The notes: generated by a model not told the origin, from the letters alone. Counted from the stretch's first letter, positions 19,314-27,947 are shown. The stretch: DNA of 64,000 nt from an uncultured Bacteroidota bacterium (GCA_963831005.1 CAWHOW010000027.1:45002-109001); one strand, 5' to 3'. Translations and numbers: made by a program.

Positions 19314-20432
19314 TTATTTTGGAATCGTTATTGTGAAAATGCTTCCTTTGCCCGGTGTACTTGACACATCAATTTTACCATTATAGAGATCGATGATCTT
19401 TTTAGCAATGGATAAACCCAATCCAGTTCCAACTATACTTCTGGTTTTTATATTTTTTATTCTTACAAAATCCTGGAAAAGTTTTGCAATATCTTCCATG
19501 CTCATTCCAATTCCGGTATCTTCAATGGTCACTATAGCATTTCTTCCGGCATCCTTTATTGAAATGTTTACATAACCTTCTTCCATATTGTATTTGATCG
19601 CGTTTGAGATAAGGTTATTAAAAACAATTTCAATTTCCTGTCTGTCAGCTGAAATAAACAGATGCTCCGGTGAATCAATATAAATTTTGACTTTTTTTTG
19701 ATCAGCCAAAGGTTCTTGTGTATCTCTTGAAAATTTAAGAATCTCGGTTAGATCGACTTCGGAAATTTCACGGGCTTTTTCGCCTGATTCAATTTTAGTG
19801 AGATTAAGCAGATCGTTTATAAGATGGCGCATCCCCTGCAATCTTACCAGAGAACGATCAATAACTCCCAGGTAATCATCAACATTGTTCCCTGCTTCCT
19901 TATCACGCATCATTTTTATATATCCTTCAACGGAATCTATAGGCGACTTTAATTCGTGTGATAAAACAGATAAGAACTGGAATTTGATTTGTTTATCTTC
20001 TTCATTCATCTGCTTGGTCATGCGCTTGAGATAAAGATGCTTTGTTATATTCTCAATGGCTGATTTCAGTTCTTCCGGAGTAAATGGTTTTGGTACAAAA
20101 TTGTAAGCCCCGTTTCGTGTAGATTTGACTGCCAGTTCAAGTGATGCATAACTGGTGATAATCGTAACAGAAATATCGTACTTGTTTTTATTAATGTATT
20201 CCAACACTTCCACCCCTTCAATTCCGGGAAGTTTATTGTCTAATAAGACGATATCAATACTCTGGCTGTTTATTATTTCTATTGCTTCTTCTCCTGTTGA
20301 AGCTTCAATAATTTCAAAGTAAAAGTCTTCTTCCATGAAGGGAAATCCGACACTGTAGGATTTGAGTATGCGTTTTATTCCTGAACGAATACCCGGTTCA
20401 TCATCTACAACCAATAATTTGAGCATTATCAT
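19314..20432 (-). CDS. Receiver-domain/histidine-kinase hybrid (REC-HisKA-HATPase)
   Basis: N-terminal REC (LVVDDEPGIR ... IVLLDNKLPG ... KPF) followed by the H-box SHELKSPI and N/G1/G2 boxes (NAIKY, DTGIGM, GTGLGLSI). Confidence 0.85.
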   Translation of the reverse strand: MIMLKLLVVDDEPGIRSGIKRILKSYSVGFPFMEEDFYFEIIEASTGEEAIEIINSQSIDIVLLDNKLPGIEGVEVLEYINKNKYDISVTIITSYASLELAVKSTRNGAYNFVPKPFTPEELKSAIENITKHLYLKRMTKQMNEEDKQIKFQFLSVLSHELKSPIDSVEGYIKMMRDKEAGNNVDDYLGVIDRSLVRLQGMRHLINDLLNLTKIESGEKAREISEVDLTEILKFSRDTQEPLADQKKVKIYIDSPEHLFISADRQEIEIVFNNLISNAIKYNMEEGYVNISIKDAGRNAIVTIEDTGIGMSMEDIAKLFQDFVRIKNIKTRSIVGTGLGLSIAKKIIDLYNGKIDVSSTPGKGSIFTITIPK

Positions 20433-20441
20433 ATGAGCTAC

Positions 20442-22421
20442 TTATTTAAGTGGTAATATTATTTTAAACTTCGTTCCTGTTCTCCCTTTAGTCGCGTCAT
20501 CATTTGAGTCAACTGATATTTTCCCTTTATGCATTTTAATAATGCCATATGTTGTAGATAGTCCCAGCCCTGTTCCTTTGCCGTGAGTCTTGGTAGTAAA
20601 GAATGGAGTAAAAATCTTATCCATATTTGTTTTTGATATTCCTGTGCCTGTATCCGAAATTTCAATTACCACCGAGTCAAATTCCTTATAATATGCGTTA
20701 ATATTTAGTTCTCCTCCGTTAGGCATTACTTCAATAGCATTTTTAGCAAGATTTGAAATAACCTGAACCATTTGTTCTTTATCGCATTTTATAAGGTCTA
20801 ATTTCGAATCAACATTTTTCAAAACTTTAATATTATCCTGAATAATAAGTGAATTCAGACTTGCATTAATAAGGTCATCGAAACTGATCAATACCTTTTT
20901 TAATTGATTGTTCCTCGCAAAATTCAATAACCCACTGACGATGGTTTTGCATCGTGCTGCCTGCTCAACAACAAGCTCCAGATCTTCTCTCATCTGGGAA
21001 TTCTTTTGGCAATCTTCGAGTAAAATATTGCTGTACATGATGATCACTCCCAGAGGATTATTAAGTTCATGGGCAATACCTGCCGATAATTGTCCCATGT
21101 GTGCAAGCTTTTCGGATTGGGTCAATGCTTTCTGCATATTTGAAAGCTTTTCATTTGAAACTGCAAGTTCTTTAATATAATTGTGCAATTTGTCAATGGT
21201 AAATGGTAAGCACATTTCATCCTCAGCTAACCCATTTGAAATTGCTATGGCGTGTTCATTGCAAGTATCGTAACCACAGCTTCCACAGTCAAGATGATCT
21301 TCTTTTGTTAATTTTCCCATCTTTTTCAGGATGATCTCAATCTCATCCTGAGATGTAGATGACATCCTATGGTCGTTACTATTAAATTGCTGACTCAAAT
21401 CGAGTGAAATATATTCTTCAATTTCCTGATTCCATCTGGCATAATCCAGGTTAGATAATTTATTATTTACATAATTCTTGATGCTTTTTCTTTTATTTAA
21501 GGCATTACCGGCAATTGACATACCGGCTCCCATAACGCATCCTTCACAGCATAGCAATTCCAAATGATGAGTATGAGATAAATCGTTTTCAAATTCCCTA
21601 ATAGCTTCGGGAAAATTACTTTTGCCGTCTGATACAATAATATTCCCTTCAACAATGCTGTCATCTATGCCAACAGTTTGAAGCAAACCCCTGCTTAACG
21701 GGAATATAGCTCCTTTGCCGCCTAACGGAAAATCGAATTCTGAAATATCAACTTTTCTATTCTTGATTTCAAAGAGCAGAAACAATTCTCTCAGTTCTTT
21801 AAAGGTAAGTGCTGCATCGATTTCGGTTGATTCGTCCTTCTTGGCTATACAAGGTCCTATAAAAACCACTTTAGTGTCAGAACCATATTTTTTACGTACT
21901 ACTCTTGCAGTGGCAACCATTGGAGATACATGCGGAGCAAGATAGCAGACCAACTCAGGATAGTATTTCTCTATGTAGGAAACTATAGCAGGACAGTCGG
22001 ATGAAATGTAATGCGATGAAGACTCGTTAAAAAGCTCTTTATATTTCTCGGCAATTAGATCAGCTCCAAAGGAAACTTCATGTACCCATGTAAAACCAAT
22101 AGATCTAAGTGTCCCCACAAATTGCTTATAATCTGCATAATCCTTGAATTCTGCCGGAAAGCTTGGAGCAACACATGCTGAAACATTTTTATTTTGGTTC
22201 AGTAATTTATAAACACTCTGTACTGAGCTTTGGAATGTTTTGGCATTCTGACGGCAGACCTTAATGCAATTCCCGCATCGGATGCATCTTTCATCAATAA
22301 CCTCTGCCTGGCCATCGGCAATCTTAATTGCTTTTGCCGGACATTCTTTTACACATGTATAACAAATCTTACACCGTTCTTTTATCGTCGATACCAATGA
22401 TATAATAGTGCTCCCTAACAT
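20442..22421 (-). CDS. HydS-type (putative sensory) [FeFe]-hydrogenase domain fused to a histidine kinase
   Basis: Two 4Fe-4S ferredoxin motifs. H-domain variants SSDCPAIV, GPCIAKKDE and ELLCCEGCVMGAG. An exact Cx2Cx4Cx16C motif (C379, C382, C387, C404). Then a coiled coil, H-box AHELNNPL and HATPase (NAIEV, DTGTGI, GTGLGLS). Confidence 0.8.
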   Translation of the reverse strand: MLGSTIISLVSTIKERCKICYTCVKECPAKAIKIADGQAEVIDERCIRCGNCIKVCRQNAKTFQSSVQSVYKLLNQNKNVSACVAPSFPAEFKDYADYKQFVGTLRSIGFTWVHEVSFGADLIAEKYKELFNESSSHYISSDCPAIVSYIEKYYPELVCYLAPHVSPMVATARVVRKKYGSDTKVVFIGPCIAKKDESTEIDAALTFKELRELFLLFEIKNRKVDISEFDFPLGGKGAIFPLSRGLLQTVGIDDSIVEGNIIVSDGKSNFPEAIREFENDLSHTHHLELLCCEGCVMGAGMSIAGNALNKRKSIKNYVNNKLSNLDYARWNQEIEEYISLDLSQQFNSNDHRMSSTSQDEIEIILKKMGKLTKEDHLDCGSCGYDTCNEHAIAISNGLAEDEMCLPFTIDKLHNYIKELAVSNEKLSNMQKALTQSEKLAHMGQLSAGIAHELNNPLGVIIMYSNILLEDCQKNSQMREDLELVVEQAARCKTIVSGLLNFARNNQLKKVLISFDDLINASLNSLIIQDNIKVLKNVDSKLDLIKCDKEQMVQVISNLAKNAIEVMPNGGELNINAYYKEFDSVVIEISDTGTGISKTNMDKIFTPFFTTKTHGKGTGLGLSTTYGIIKMHKGKISVDSNDDATKGRTGTKFKIILPLK

Positions 22422-22480
22422 AAACCCGCCATTAATACAATTACATTATTATAACCTGACTCTGTATACATGAAGAATGC

Positions 22481-23452
22481 TTAACAATTTTTCAATGTTC
22501 TTTTTTCAATTATCCGTTCAAGCTCAGGTAAGAATCTATTTATGTCGAATGGTTTTGCAATGAAACCATCAACAGGGAACCATATGGTTTTCCCTTCTTC
22601 CGACAAATAATCAATACCTGTATTTCCTGTAGCGATATCCTTAACCAATAAAACATTTAAATCCTTATAACTGTCTTTTTTTCTAAACTCCCGTGCCATG
22701 TCCTGAACGTACGGGCTTGATGTGTACAGTACCTCAATAGAAGTTTGCATGAGTATTGGAATTTTATTTAGCACAGGATCATCTGTAATGGCTTTAGCCA
22801 TTTCAAAACCTTCGTAATGAGTGGCCATCATTACATCAAGAATAGCAATGTCAGGCAGTTCTTCCTTAATTTTTAGAAGCCCTTCTTCCTTGCTATAAGC
22901 GGTGACAACGTTAAATCCCTTCTTCGAGAGAATTGTTTTCATAACAATGAGCACATCTTCGTCATCATCAACTATTAAAATTTTGGTTGTTTTCATGTAA
23001 TTGAATTTTTTGTTATTAATAATTTCATTAAAATGTATGGGGAAATATAATCTTCCGTCAATAACTGAATTAACGGCACGCTCTATGTCTTTTCTGTCAG
23101 CATTTTTAGGTAAAAAATAGTTTACTCCGGTTGAAATAATTTTAATCAGGTAATCAGCATCGTTAAACATGGTAAGTGCAACGATTTTTGTTTTTGGGAA
23201 AAGTTTTAATATGATTTTTGCTGCCTCAACACCATCAAGGTCCTGCATCTCCAGATCAAGGAAAAAGATATCAACCCGATTATTCTTTAGAAAGGGTAAT
23301 AGTTCCCTGCCATTTGATAATTCCCCAATGACATTTACATTTTCCATTCTTAACAAAACTGTCTTTAATGCTTTGCGAAACAAATGGTGAGAATCGGCTA
23401 TGAGAATATTTTTTTTTGAACCTTCCATTATGCAGAAAATGTAACACGGCAA
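22481..23452 (-). CDS. Tandem-receiver protein (REC-REC, no output domain); likely start at ATG 23428
   Basis: The first REC is NarL-like (ILIADSHH ... FFLDLEMQDLDG ... LPK). The second REC reads ILIVDDDEDVLIV ... AILDVMM ... KPF. No HTH or enzymatic domain is visible. Confidence 0.75.
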   Translation of the reverse strand: MPCYIFCIMEGSKKNILIADSHHLFRKALKTVLLRMENVNVIGELSNGRELLPFLKNNRVDIFFLDLEMQDLDGVEAAKIILKLFPKTKIVALTMFNDADYLIKIISTGVNYFLPKNADRKDIERAVNSVIDGRLYFPIHFNEIINNKKFNYMKTTKILIVDDDEDVLIVMKTILSKKGFNVVTAYSKEEGLLKIKEELPDIAILDVMMATHYEGFEMAKAITDDPVLNKIPILMQTSIEVLYTSSPYVQDMAREFRKKDSYKDLNVLLVKDIATGNTGIDYLSEEGKTIWFPVDGFIAKPFDINRFLPELERIIEKRTLKNC

Positions 23453-23534
23453 AATTAGAGAGCAATAAAATTGCAGGAACGGTTATTAATTACCAATTTA
23501 ACAGGTAAAAAGAGGAATGAAAAAATAAGTTAAT

Positions 23535-23572
23535 CAGTAATTTTAGGAAGGTAGGGTTGCGTAAAATTACTG
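23535..23572 (-). terminator. Possible weak terminator or attenuator hairpin between the LuxR-type regulator and the REC-REC gene
   Basis: 11-bp stem CAGTAATTTTA/TAAAATTACTG with a 16-nt loop. On the minus strand a T6 run follows only after 9 nt, so it is not canonical. Confidence 0.25.
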
Positions 23573-23585
23573 GTTTTAAATTTTG

Positions 23586-24242
23586 CTAAAAGTCAACCAA
23601 CTTGTTTTTAATAACATAAGCTAAAAGCTGAACAGTGCTTTTACAATTTGTTTTTGATAGAAGATTCGATTTGTGTCCGATAACAGTTCTCTCACTAATA
23701 AATAAAGTATCAGCAATATCTTTATTACTATATCCTTCCAATATGAGTTTAATAATCTCAACTTCGCGCTTGGTAAGGACCAATCCACTTGTATTACCTG
23801 GTTTTTCTTCGCGTATGAATTTTTGAGTAAAGTAATTCCATAATTCTTCAGAGTAATAATTATTCCCTTTCATCACGGTTTCAATGGCTCTTTCTAAATC
23901 TTCCGAATTAATATTTTTCAATAAAAATCCTTTCGCTCCGGCCTCAAGCATGCTTTCAAGGTATTCTTTATTATTAAACATGGTAAGGGCAACAATTTTC
24001 AAATCAGGAAATTTGGCAATGGCATTCTTTGTGGCTTCAACACCATTCATAACCGGCATTTCAATATCAAGCAGGACAATATCAGGTGTAACAGTATCTA
24101 ATGCAGAAAGAAAATCCCTGCCATTAGAAGCTTCTGCAATAACCCTTGTATTCTTGATTTTATTAATAACAGTCTTTAAACCACTACGGAAGATCTCGTG
24201 GTCATCCACTATCATTATGGTAATTTTATCAATCATAAGCAT
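23586..24242 (-). CDS. NarL/FixJ-type response regulator (REC + LuxR HTH)
   Basis: IMIVDDHEIFRSG ... VLLDIEMPVMNG receiver plus a C-terminal LTKREVEIIKLILEGYSNKDIADTLFISERTVIGHKSNLL HTH. Confidence 0.9.
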   Translation of the reverse strand: MLMIDKITIMIVDDHEIFRSGLKTVINKIKNTRVIAEASNGRDFLSALDTVTPDIVLLDIEMPVMNGVEATKNAIAKFPDLKIVALTMFNNKEYLESMLEAGAKGFLLKNINSEDLERAIETVMKGNNYYSEELWNYFTQKFIREEKPGNTSGLVLTKREVEIIKLILEGYSNKDIADTLFISERTVIGHKSNLLSKTNCKSTVQLLAYVIKNKLVDF

Positions 24243-24412
24243 TGCAAAAGTAATGTTTTACTATAAACTGCTGCTTCATTTAATCATATTTATTCAGGAC
24301 GAATATTATTTTATTAGCTCGAATTTATAATTCTGCTGTTTTATTGACAACAAATAATTGCCTCGGGTCAATAGTATTGCAGAATTTATTTTCAGATGGC
24401 ATAAAATATCAA

Positions 24413-25708
24413 TCATTTCAATTTTGCTTCAATAACCATTGTAAATCCTCTATCAGGGTTTCTTGTAAAAGAGTATTGACCATTTATCGAAATTACCCTG
24501 CTTATAATATTTTTCAGCCCGGTACCGGATTGTTTGCTTTTTAAAATTTCATCTATGTCAAATCCGATACCATCGTCAGTATATTTTAACAACAAATCCG
24601 TATCGGATCTGTTTATTACTAAAACTATACTTGGGGCTTCAGCATGCTTTATAGTATTGTTGATTAATTCTTCTGTAATTCTAAATAAGGCAAGCTCTAT
24701 TTTTGAATCAAGACGAACTGTATCAATATTCGACTTGAAATTTAATTTTATTTTACCTGTCAGATTAATCTGATTGCATAGTGAATCGATCGCTTTCGCT
24801 AAACCGTAATCTTTGATCAGTATAGGAACTAGGTTATTAGAGATATCGCGGATATTAAGCATGGCTTCATCAATAATTTCGTTGATATTTTTAATAAAAG
24901 AAAGTTTATCATCCTTTGCAAGATCATCTTCCTTCAGAATATTCACATAAAGTTTTATGGTCGATAGAAGCGGGCCAATGCCATCGTGCATTTCTTTTGC
25001 AAACCGCTTTCGTTCCCGTTCTTCTGTTTCGATCGACGCACTAAGAATCTTTCTTTCAAATTTAAATCGTTCTGAAATATCATGGGCTATGGTCAATATT
25101 GCTGTGCGGTCTTCATAATCGATAGTCCTGCTAATCATTTCCAAATAGAGAATTTTATTATCTTTTGTGATATGTTCTGTATCGTAGGTATGCCTTCCGT
25201 TTTTTACAATCAGATCAATATTGTATTTTACCTGATCAATATATTTTGGAGTTTTTATTTTCCTTATGTTCGTATTGATAAGTTCTTCTTTGGAGTATCC
25301 AAGTTGCTTACAAACTTCCAGGTTTGATTCTATGATATTCCCATCAAGATCCAGCAAGAAAATCCCATCCGTTGAATCATTAAATAATGTTCTAAACTTT
25401 TCTTCTGATTCTTTTAATATAACTTCTGATTTCTTCAGTTCTTTTAATACTTTCCCAATGGTAATAACTCCCACAAGAATAAGTGTAGAAATTATTATAT
25501 CTATAAAATAATAATATCCGTTATGAATATTCCCATTTAATGCAAAATCAGCCAGATCAACAACTCGATTAAATGATATAAGGAAAAAAGCAATTGCAAT
25601 AAGTATCCAGGATGTACGCGAACGCGCTATACTTAGTAACTGCAGCGTTTTAAGAACAGTAATGAGCTGGATTAAAATGGAAATTGAAAGAAGTATATAA
25701 ATATACAT
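24413..25708 (-). CDS. Membrane sensor histidine kinase (TM-PAS-HisKA_3-HATPase, NarX/DegS class)
   Basis: Three N-terminal TM helices, a PAS-like segment (FRTLFNDSTDGIFLLDLDGNIIESN), the H-box EMHDGIGPLLS and a C-terminal ATPase (DDGIGF, GTGLKNI). Confidence 0.85.
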   Translation of the reverse strand: MYIYILLSISILIQLITVLKTLQLLSIARSRTSWILIAIAFFLISFNRVVDLADFALNGNIHNGYYYFIDIIISTLILVGVITIGKVLKELKKSEVILKESEEKFRTLFNDSTDGIFLLDLDGNIIESNLEVCKQLGYSKEELINTNIRKIKTPKYIDQVKYNIDLIVKNGRHTYDTEHITKDNKILYLEMISRTIDYEDRTAILTIAHDISERFKFERKILSASIETEERERKRFAKEMHDGIGPLLSTIKLYVNILKEDDLAKDDKLSFIKNINEIIDEAMLNIRDISNNLVPILIKDYGLAKAIDSLCNQINLTGKIKLNFKSNIDTVRLDSKIELALFRITEELINNTIKHAEAPSIVLVINRSDTDLLLKYTDDGIGFDIDEILKSKQSGTGLKNIISRVISINGQYSFTRNPDRGFTMVIEAKLK

Positions 25709-25719
25709 AAACGTCCCGG

Positions 25720-26802
25720 TTAATTATTTTGACCTTTAAAGTGCTTTGAATCGCCCCATTTCCCATATCCTATTGAATTATTTATAGATTTTATTCTTAA
25801 TTCAGTACATGGCAAACAATGAGATGCATCCTCAGTAGTACATGGCTTGCCTTCGTATAATTCATATAAATTGCGATATTTGACAGGAGAAATATTTGGC
25901 ATTATAATATTGGCACCAGCTTTTATAGCTGCTTCTCTTCCATCTGGAACAATTGCCTGCATGGCTGTGGTTGCTGCAATATTAATATTTTTCATTAATA
26001 TTCTTAATATAGCTATCATTTTTAACGTTAATTCAAAGCGGGCAATTTTCGGCATTAAATTCTCTTTATATACATACAATGGTGTATCCTGATGTTCCAC
26101 ATATGGACCCATTCCACACATATCAATATCTAAATCCTTCATAAAGATTAAATCATCGGCCAAATCTTCCATTGTTTGAAAAGGCATTCCTATCATAACC
26201 CCTGTTCCAACCTGAAAACCTATCTTTTTTAAAAGGTGCAAACAATTTAACCTGTAATCATAATCATGGTTTTTATCAGCAGGATGCAATTTAGCATACA
26301 ACTCACGATTTGATGCTTCAATGCGAAGCAAATAACGATGTGCACCTGCTATAAACCATCTTGAATATGTTTCTTCGGATTGTTCGCCAAGTGAAAGCGT
26401 TATACCGAGTTCGTTGTTGGTTTGCTTTTTAATATTCCTCAATAAGCATTCAATTCTATCAACAAACGTATCTTTCATCAATTCACCGGATTGAATCACG
26501 ATGGAGCCATAATTACTTTTATAAGCAAAATCGGCGCATTGCATTACTTCATCATCAGAAAGATTATATCTCTTAGTGTTTTTGTTACTAATCCTTATAC
26601 CGCAATATAAACAGTCCTTTCTGCAAATATTCGATAATTCAATTAACCCTCGAAGATGAACAATATTACCTATATGTTTTTCTTTTATTCTCGCGGATTC
26701 ATGAAACAATTTTTGTTTATCATCACCTTCAAGTTGTAATAAAATAATCAGATCTTCTTTTGAAAATGTTTTTTTTGCTAGGATTTCATCAACTAAACTC
26801 AT
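25720..26802 (-). CDS. hydE: [FeFe]-hydrogenase radical SAM maturase HydE
   Basis: BioB-like radical SAM protein with CRKDCLYCGIR. The ORF track extends to 26832 through a non-ATG codon; ATG at 26802 (MSLVDEIL) is more plausible. Confidence 0.85.
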   Translation of the reverse strand: MSLVDEILAKKTFSKEDLIILLQLEGDDKQKLFHESARIKEKHIGNIVHLRGLIELSNICRKDCLYCGIRISNKNTKRYNLSDDEVMQCADFAYKSNYGSIVIQSGELMKDTFVDRIECLLRNIKKQTNNELGITLSLGEQSEETYSRWFIAGAHRYLLRIEASNRELYAKLHPADKNHDYDYRLNCLHLLKKIGFQVGTGVMIGMPFQTMEDLADDLIFMKDLDIDMCGMGPYVEHQDTPLYVYKENLMPKIARFELTLKMIAILRILMKNINIAATTAMQAIVPDGREAAIKAGANIIMPNISPVKYRNLYELYEGKPCTTEDASHCLPCTELRIKSINNSIGYGKWGDSKHFKGQNN

Positions 26803-26829
26803 TCTAAAGGGGCTTTTCAAGAATAAATG

Positions 26830-26837
26830 CAAAGTTA
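26830..26837 (-). promoter_or_regulatory. Candidate -7 promoter box (TAACTTTG on the minus strand) for the hydE-led transcript
   Basis: Matches the Bacteroidota TAnnTTTG consensus about 28 nt upstream of the 26802 ATG. Confidence 0.35.
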
Positions 26838-27028
26838 TATATTTGTTGTCAAGTATTGAAAATGCCGTAAATATATATTCAATTATCCAGATATTTAAGA
26901 CTTATTCATTATATGTAATAAACTATTACATTGGTTAAATAGCTAATCTGTGCACAATAAAAATATCAAATAGTAACAATGAGTATGAAAGCATTTGACG
27001 CAATTTAAAAAAAAGCATCTCAATGCAT

Positions 27029-27109
27029 ACCATTCGGTTACCAACGATTATTAAAATTCAAAAACTAATGCAAACACTCATATGTAGAGTATGGTTCAAA
27101 GACCTCCAG
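27029..27109. repeat. Copy B of the 78-bp diverged direct repeat (partner of 11150-11230)
   Basis: Same conserved ends (ATTCGGTTACCA and TTCAAAGACCTCCAG) with the same 63-nt offset. As with copy A, it begins 2-5 nt after the stop codon of a minus-strand reading frame (...APYSIK*). Confidence 0.7.
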
Positions 27110-27250
27110 ATCTATTTTATACTGTATGGTGCAACAATGTAGAACAGTTTTTCATTATCTTCCGGCAAACCCTTTAAATCAAAAAATTCCATGCCCATTT
27201 TATCAAGATTCTCACCATACAAATAAGTCGCATGTGACTGGTTTTCATTA

Positions 27251-27446
27251 GAGTTCTTCGGAAAATAGATACGTCATTGCGAACCCTTCGTGCCGTCATT
27301 GCGACACAGAGCGAAGCGAAGGGGAAGCAATCTTAAATGGAAAAGCACTCAGGATAAACTCCATGAAGCAATCTCTTACCTGAATTAAGATTGCTTCGGG
27401 AAAAGAGCCCTCGCAATGACGAGATAAATGATTTTCCGAAGAAGTC
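27251..27446. repeat. Long nested palindromic REP/MITE-like element
   Basis: Outer arms GAGTTCTTCGGAAAATAGATACGTCATTGCGA and TCGCAATGACGAGATAAATGATTTTCCGAAGAAGTC. Inner arms GGGGAAGCAATCTTAA and TTAAGATTGCTTCGGG. The GTCATTGCGA / GAAGCAATC words are typical of Bacteroidota intergenic repeats. Confidence 0.7.
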
Positions 27447-27486
27447 TATTGAACTGCCTTTTTGAACAGCCTCATAACTTCTTTCC

Positions 27487-27668
27487 GTAATGATTATCAT
27501 TTTTATCCGGATGTTTCACATTCCTATGGAATGATTATCATTCTTATCCGGATGTAACACATTCCTGCGGAATGATTATCATTCTTACCGGGATGTTACA
27601 CATTCCTACGGAATGATTATCATCCTTACACGGATGTTTCACATTCCTATGGAATGGTTATCATTCTG
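27487..27668. repeat. Tandem array, about 4.5 copies of a 41-bp unit
   Basis: Unit GAATGATTATCATTCTTATCCGGATGTAACACATTCCTGCG, with starts at about 27487, 27529, 27570, 27611 and 27652. Each unit holds two overlapping palindromes (CATTCC-nnn-GGAATG and GAATGAT-T-ATCATTC). Confidence 0.8.
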
Positions 27669-27947
27669 TTTGGAATTATCACTAAAAGGGTCTTTCGGAA
27701 ATTTTAATGCTAATACTTGGTGGCAATCATCAGTTATCAATGTAGAATAAGCCATCATTTCATCTTTTTCACCAAATTCGCTTATGAAAAACAATTTTAA
27801 TTGAGATGAAAATTCTTTTGTATGCTTTACTAGCGTCATTGTTGCAATTATTTCAAGATAATCCAGCATTTTAATCAACTTACCTGAAGTCTCTTTTATG
27901 GTTTCCATTTGCTCATCATAGCCTGTAAGACCAGTTGTATCGGGCAT
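27639..27947 (-). CDS. Doubtful hypothetical ORF (102 aa) whose 3' end runs into the 41-bp array
   Basis: ORF only; no motif. The upstream sequence (27948-28247) reads like a further fragment in another frame, so this may be gene debris. Confidence 0.25.
   Translation of the reverse strand: MPDTTGLTGYDEQMETIKETSGKLIKMLDYLEIIATMTLVKHTKEFSSQLKLFFISEFGEKDEMMAYSTLITDDCHQVLALKFPKDPFSDNSKQNDNHSIGM

Noticed and set aside
11236-26832. A [NiFe] hydrogenase or hyp genes somewhere in the hyd locus that would explain the protease at 41254-41739
   Set aside because: Every ORF in the locus is accounted for as an [FeFe] component, a maturase or a signalling protein. No NiFe large-subunit motifs (RxCGxCxxxH ... 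DPCxxCxxH) were seen in any listed translation.
27487-27668. CRISPR array interpretation of the 41-bp repeats (and of the 21-bp arrays at 34620-34920 and 55790-56095)
   Set aside because: The units abut each other with no unique spacers, the period is shorter than repeat plus spacer, and no cas genes are present in the window.
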